This document shows, piece by piece, positions 44,699 through 45,759 of a stretch of DNA of 45,759 nt. Below the pieces are notes generated by a model, which was given only the letters and a program-made list of their open reading frames with translations, made no database searches and was not told the DNA's origin. The number at the start of each line of letters is the position of its first letter. Within the stretch, counting starts at the first letter, position 1. This DNA is from a virus. Lineage: Duplodnaviria; Caudoviricetes. The DNA lies in IMG/VR virus record IMGVR_UViG_3300012940_000040, positions 1 through 45,759 of that record; one strand, given 5' to 3'. Position numbers and translations under genes: made by a program.

Positions 44699-44981
44699 AA
44701 GCGGTAAGTGTATAAAGGAAGGTTCTGGTTTTATTGAGGTGTTTGAAGGGGATGAAGGTAACATAATTGAAAAACAACGCGCTGGTGATGTGGTAGCATT
44801 TATCAATGGAACAAGAGTTTTAATACCAGTAGATCATTTAAATCATGTTGAAAAATCTTTTTTAGCTTCTTTTAAAGTATTAAAGGAAGAATTGGTTGAA
44901 TCTAAATTGTTAAATAGAAAAATTAAGATTATGACTGAAAAATTAGAAACACTAACTGGTAAAAAAATTGTTTTGGAATAA
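44679..44981 (+). CDS. Hypothetical protein with a C-terminal copy of the shared cassette
   Basis: Ends LNRKIKIMTEKLETLTGKKIVLE*. Confidence 0.75.
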   Translation: MKLVCIKSGKCIKEGSGFIEVFEGDEGNIIEKQRAGDVVAFINGTRVLIPVDHLNHVEKSFLASFKVLKEELVESKLLNRKIKIMTEKLETLTGKKIVLE

Positions 44982-44997
44982 AAAAAAATAATAAAAA

Positions 44998-45321
44998 ATG
45001 TGCAATAATAATAAAAAATGTTCTTGTTCTTGTAAAAAAAATAAATTTAATGAAACTGTTTTATTGCAAGAAGTGATTAATCTTGAAATTTCTTCTTCAA
45101 GGAAAATAGAGGCATTAAAACAAGCTAGAGTAGCAAATGAGGCTATACTTTCATTATATGAATTATGTCAAAAATCTGGCGTTAAAAACCCTGATTTTTT
45201 ATCAATTTTAGATAAAGCATATAGCAATACAAATGCATTATTAACTGTTTTGGTTGTTCAAAATGAAAAGGATGAAAGTGAAGAACAAAAAATTCCTGCA
45301 ACCGAAAAAACAGAATTTTAA
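44998..45321 (+). CDS. Hypothetical protein with a Cys/Lys-rich N-terminus
   Basis: MCNNNKKCSCSCKKNKFNETVLLQE followed by a helical domain. Confidence 0.7.
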   Translation: MCNNNKKCSCSCKKNKFNETVLLQEVINLEISSSRKIEALKQARVANEAILSLYELCQKSGVKNPDFLSILDKAYSNTNALLTVLVVQNEKDESEEQKIPATEKTEF

Positions 45322-45335
45322 TAAATAATAAAAAA

Positions 45336-45759
45336 ATGGCAGAAATAGTAACAATAGATCAACTTAGAAAAATGACAGCTAGGGAAATAGCTGAAAGAAT
45401 AGCTAAGGATAGTGAATATCACAATCCACCTCCCCCTATGCCTGATCAAGTTCCATTCCCACAAAGAGGAAATATTTGGATTTCTAATGAAGAATATTCA
45501 ATTTCAGGTATTCCAGTATATAATAGAAGTACTCCACCTCCATTGTCAACTAGTACTACTTCCACAACTACTACTACATCAACAACGACAATAAGGCCAA
45601 CAACAAGTAGTACAACAACAAGTACATCAACTAGTTCAACTACTAGTACAAGTTCTTCTACTACGACTAGTACAAGTTCTACTACATCTACTACAAGTAG
45701 CACAACGACAACAAGTAGTTCTACAACAAGTACTACAAGTAGTTCTACTACTTCTAGCA
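45336..45759 (+). CDS. Partial CDS running off the window end: Ser/Thr-rich mucin-like protein
   Basis: Not in the ORF track. ATG 45336 reads MAEIVTIDQLRKMTAREIAERIAKDSEYHNPPPPMPDQ...STPPPLSTSTTSTTTTTSTTTIRPTTSS... and stays open to the end. Confidence 0.85.
   Translation, partial: MAEIVTIDQLRKMTAREIAERIAKDSEYHNPPPPMPDQVPFPQRGNIWISNEEYSISGIPVYNRSTPPPLSTSTTSTTTTTSTTTIRPTTSSTTTSTSTSSTTSTSSSTTTSTSSTTSTTSSTTTTSSSTTSTTSSSTTSS

Noticed and set aside
45446-45703. Val-rich minus-strand ORF (85 aa) and plus-strand ORF 45412-45594
   Set aside because: These are antisense and alternate-frame shadows of the Ser/Thr-rich gene that starts at 45336.
1-45759. Stop-codon reassignment or suppressor tRNA
   Set aside because: Long genes are intact in the standard code, TAG and TGA both end genes, and both tRNAs have CAT centred in 7-nt loops.
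1-45759. CRISPR array, IS element, integrase, reverse transcriptase or DGR
   Set aside because: I found no regularly spaced repeats and no transposase, recombinase or RT motifs. The 72-bp repeat pair is in-frame coding in both copies and has no RT nearby, so it is not called as a TR/VR pair.

Overview
This AT-rich window is a segment of a large T4-like (contractile-tail) phage genome in the standard genetic code. The host is probably Bacteroidota, judged from TTTG-N19/20-TAnnTTTG promoters, the absence of Shine-Dalgarno motifs and an Hc1-type protein. The left arm (minus strand) holds an AAA ATPase, a Dps-like protein, a ~250-nt structured non-coding region, two initiator-type tRNA-Met genes (one split by a group I intron carrying a PD-(D/E)XK homing endonuclease), Hc1-like and AP2 proteins, and a PolA-like protein. 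The middle holds gp13/gp14-like neck genes interleaved with two ADP-ribosyltransferase-like genes, then MazG, a degenerate Thg1-like gene and thyA. A replication/recombination run follows: a second PolA/T7-RNAP-fold protein, UvrD helicase, a prohead-protease paralog lacking the motif serines, RuvC-like resolvase, primase and an SbcD-SbcC fusion. The right arm is the late module: probable internal head proteins, terminase, prohead protease, scaffold, major capsid, sheath, holin, tube and a Ser/Thr-rich protein, with a TATTTAAA motif before most transcription units. No portal gene is visible. The best candidates for something new are a 24-aa peptide cassette shared by four unrelated late proteins, the structured RNA, two atypical U37 initiator tRNAs, the pseudo-protease and the two PolA-superfamily enzymes. 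All calls come from reading motifs by eye; no searches were run.
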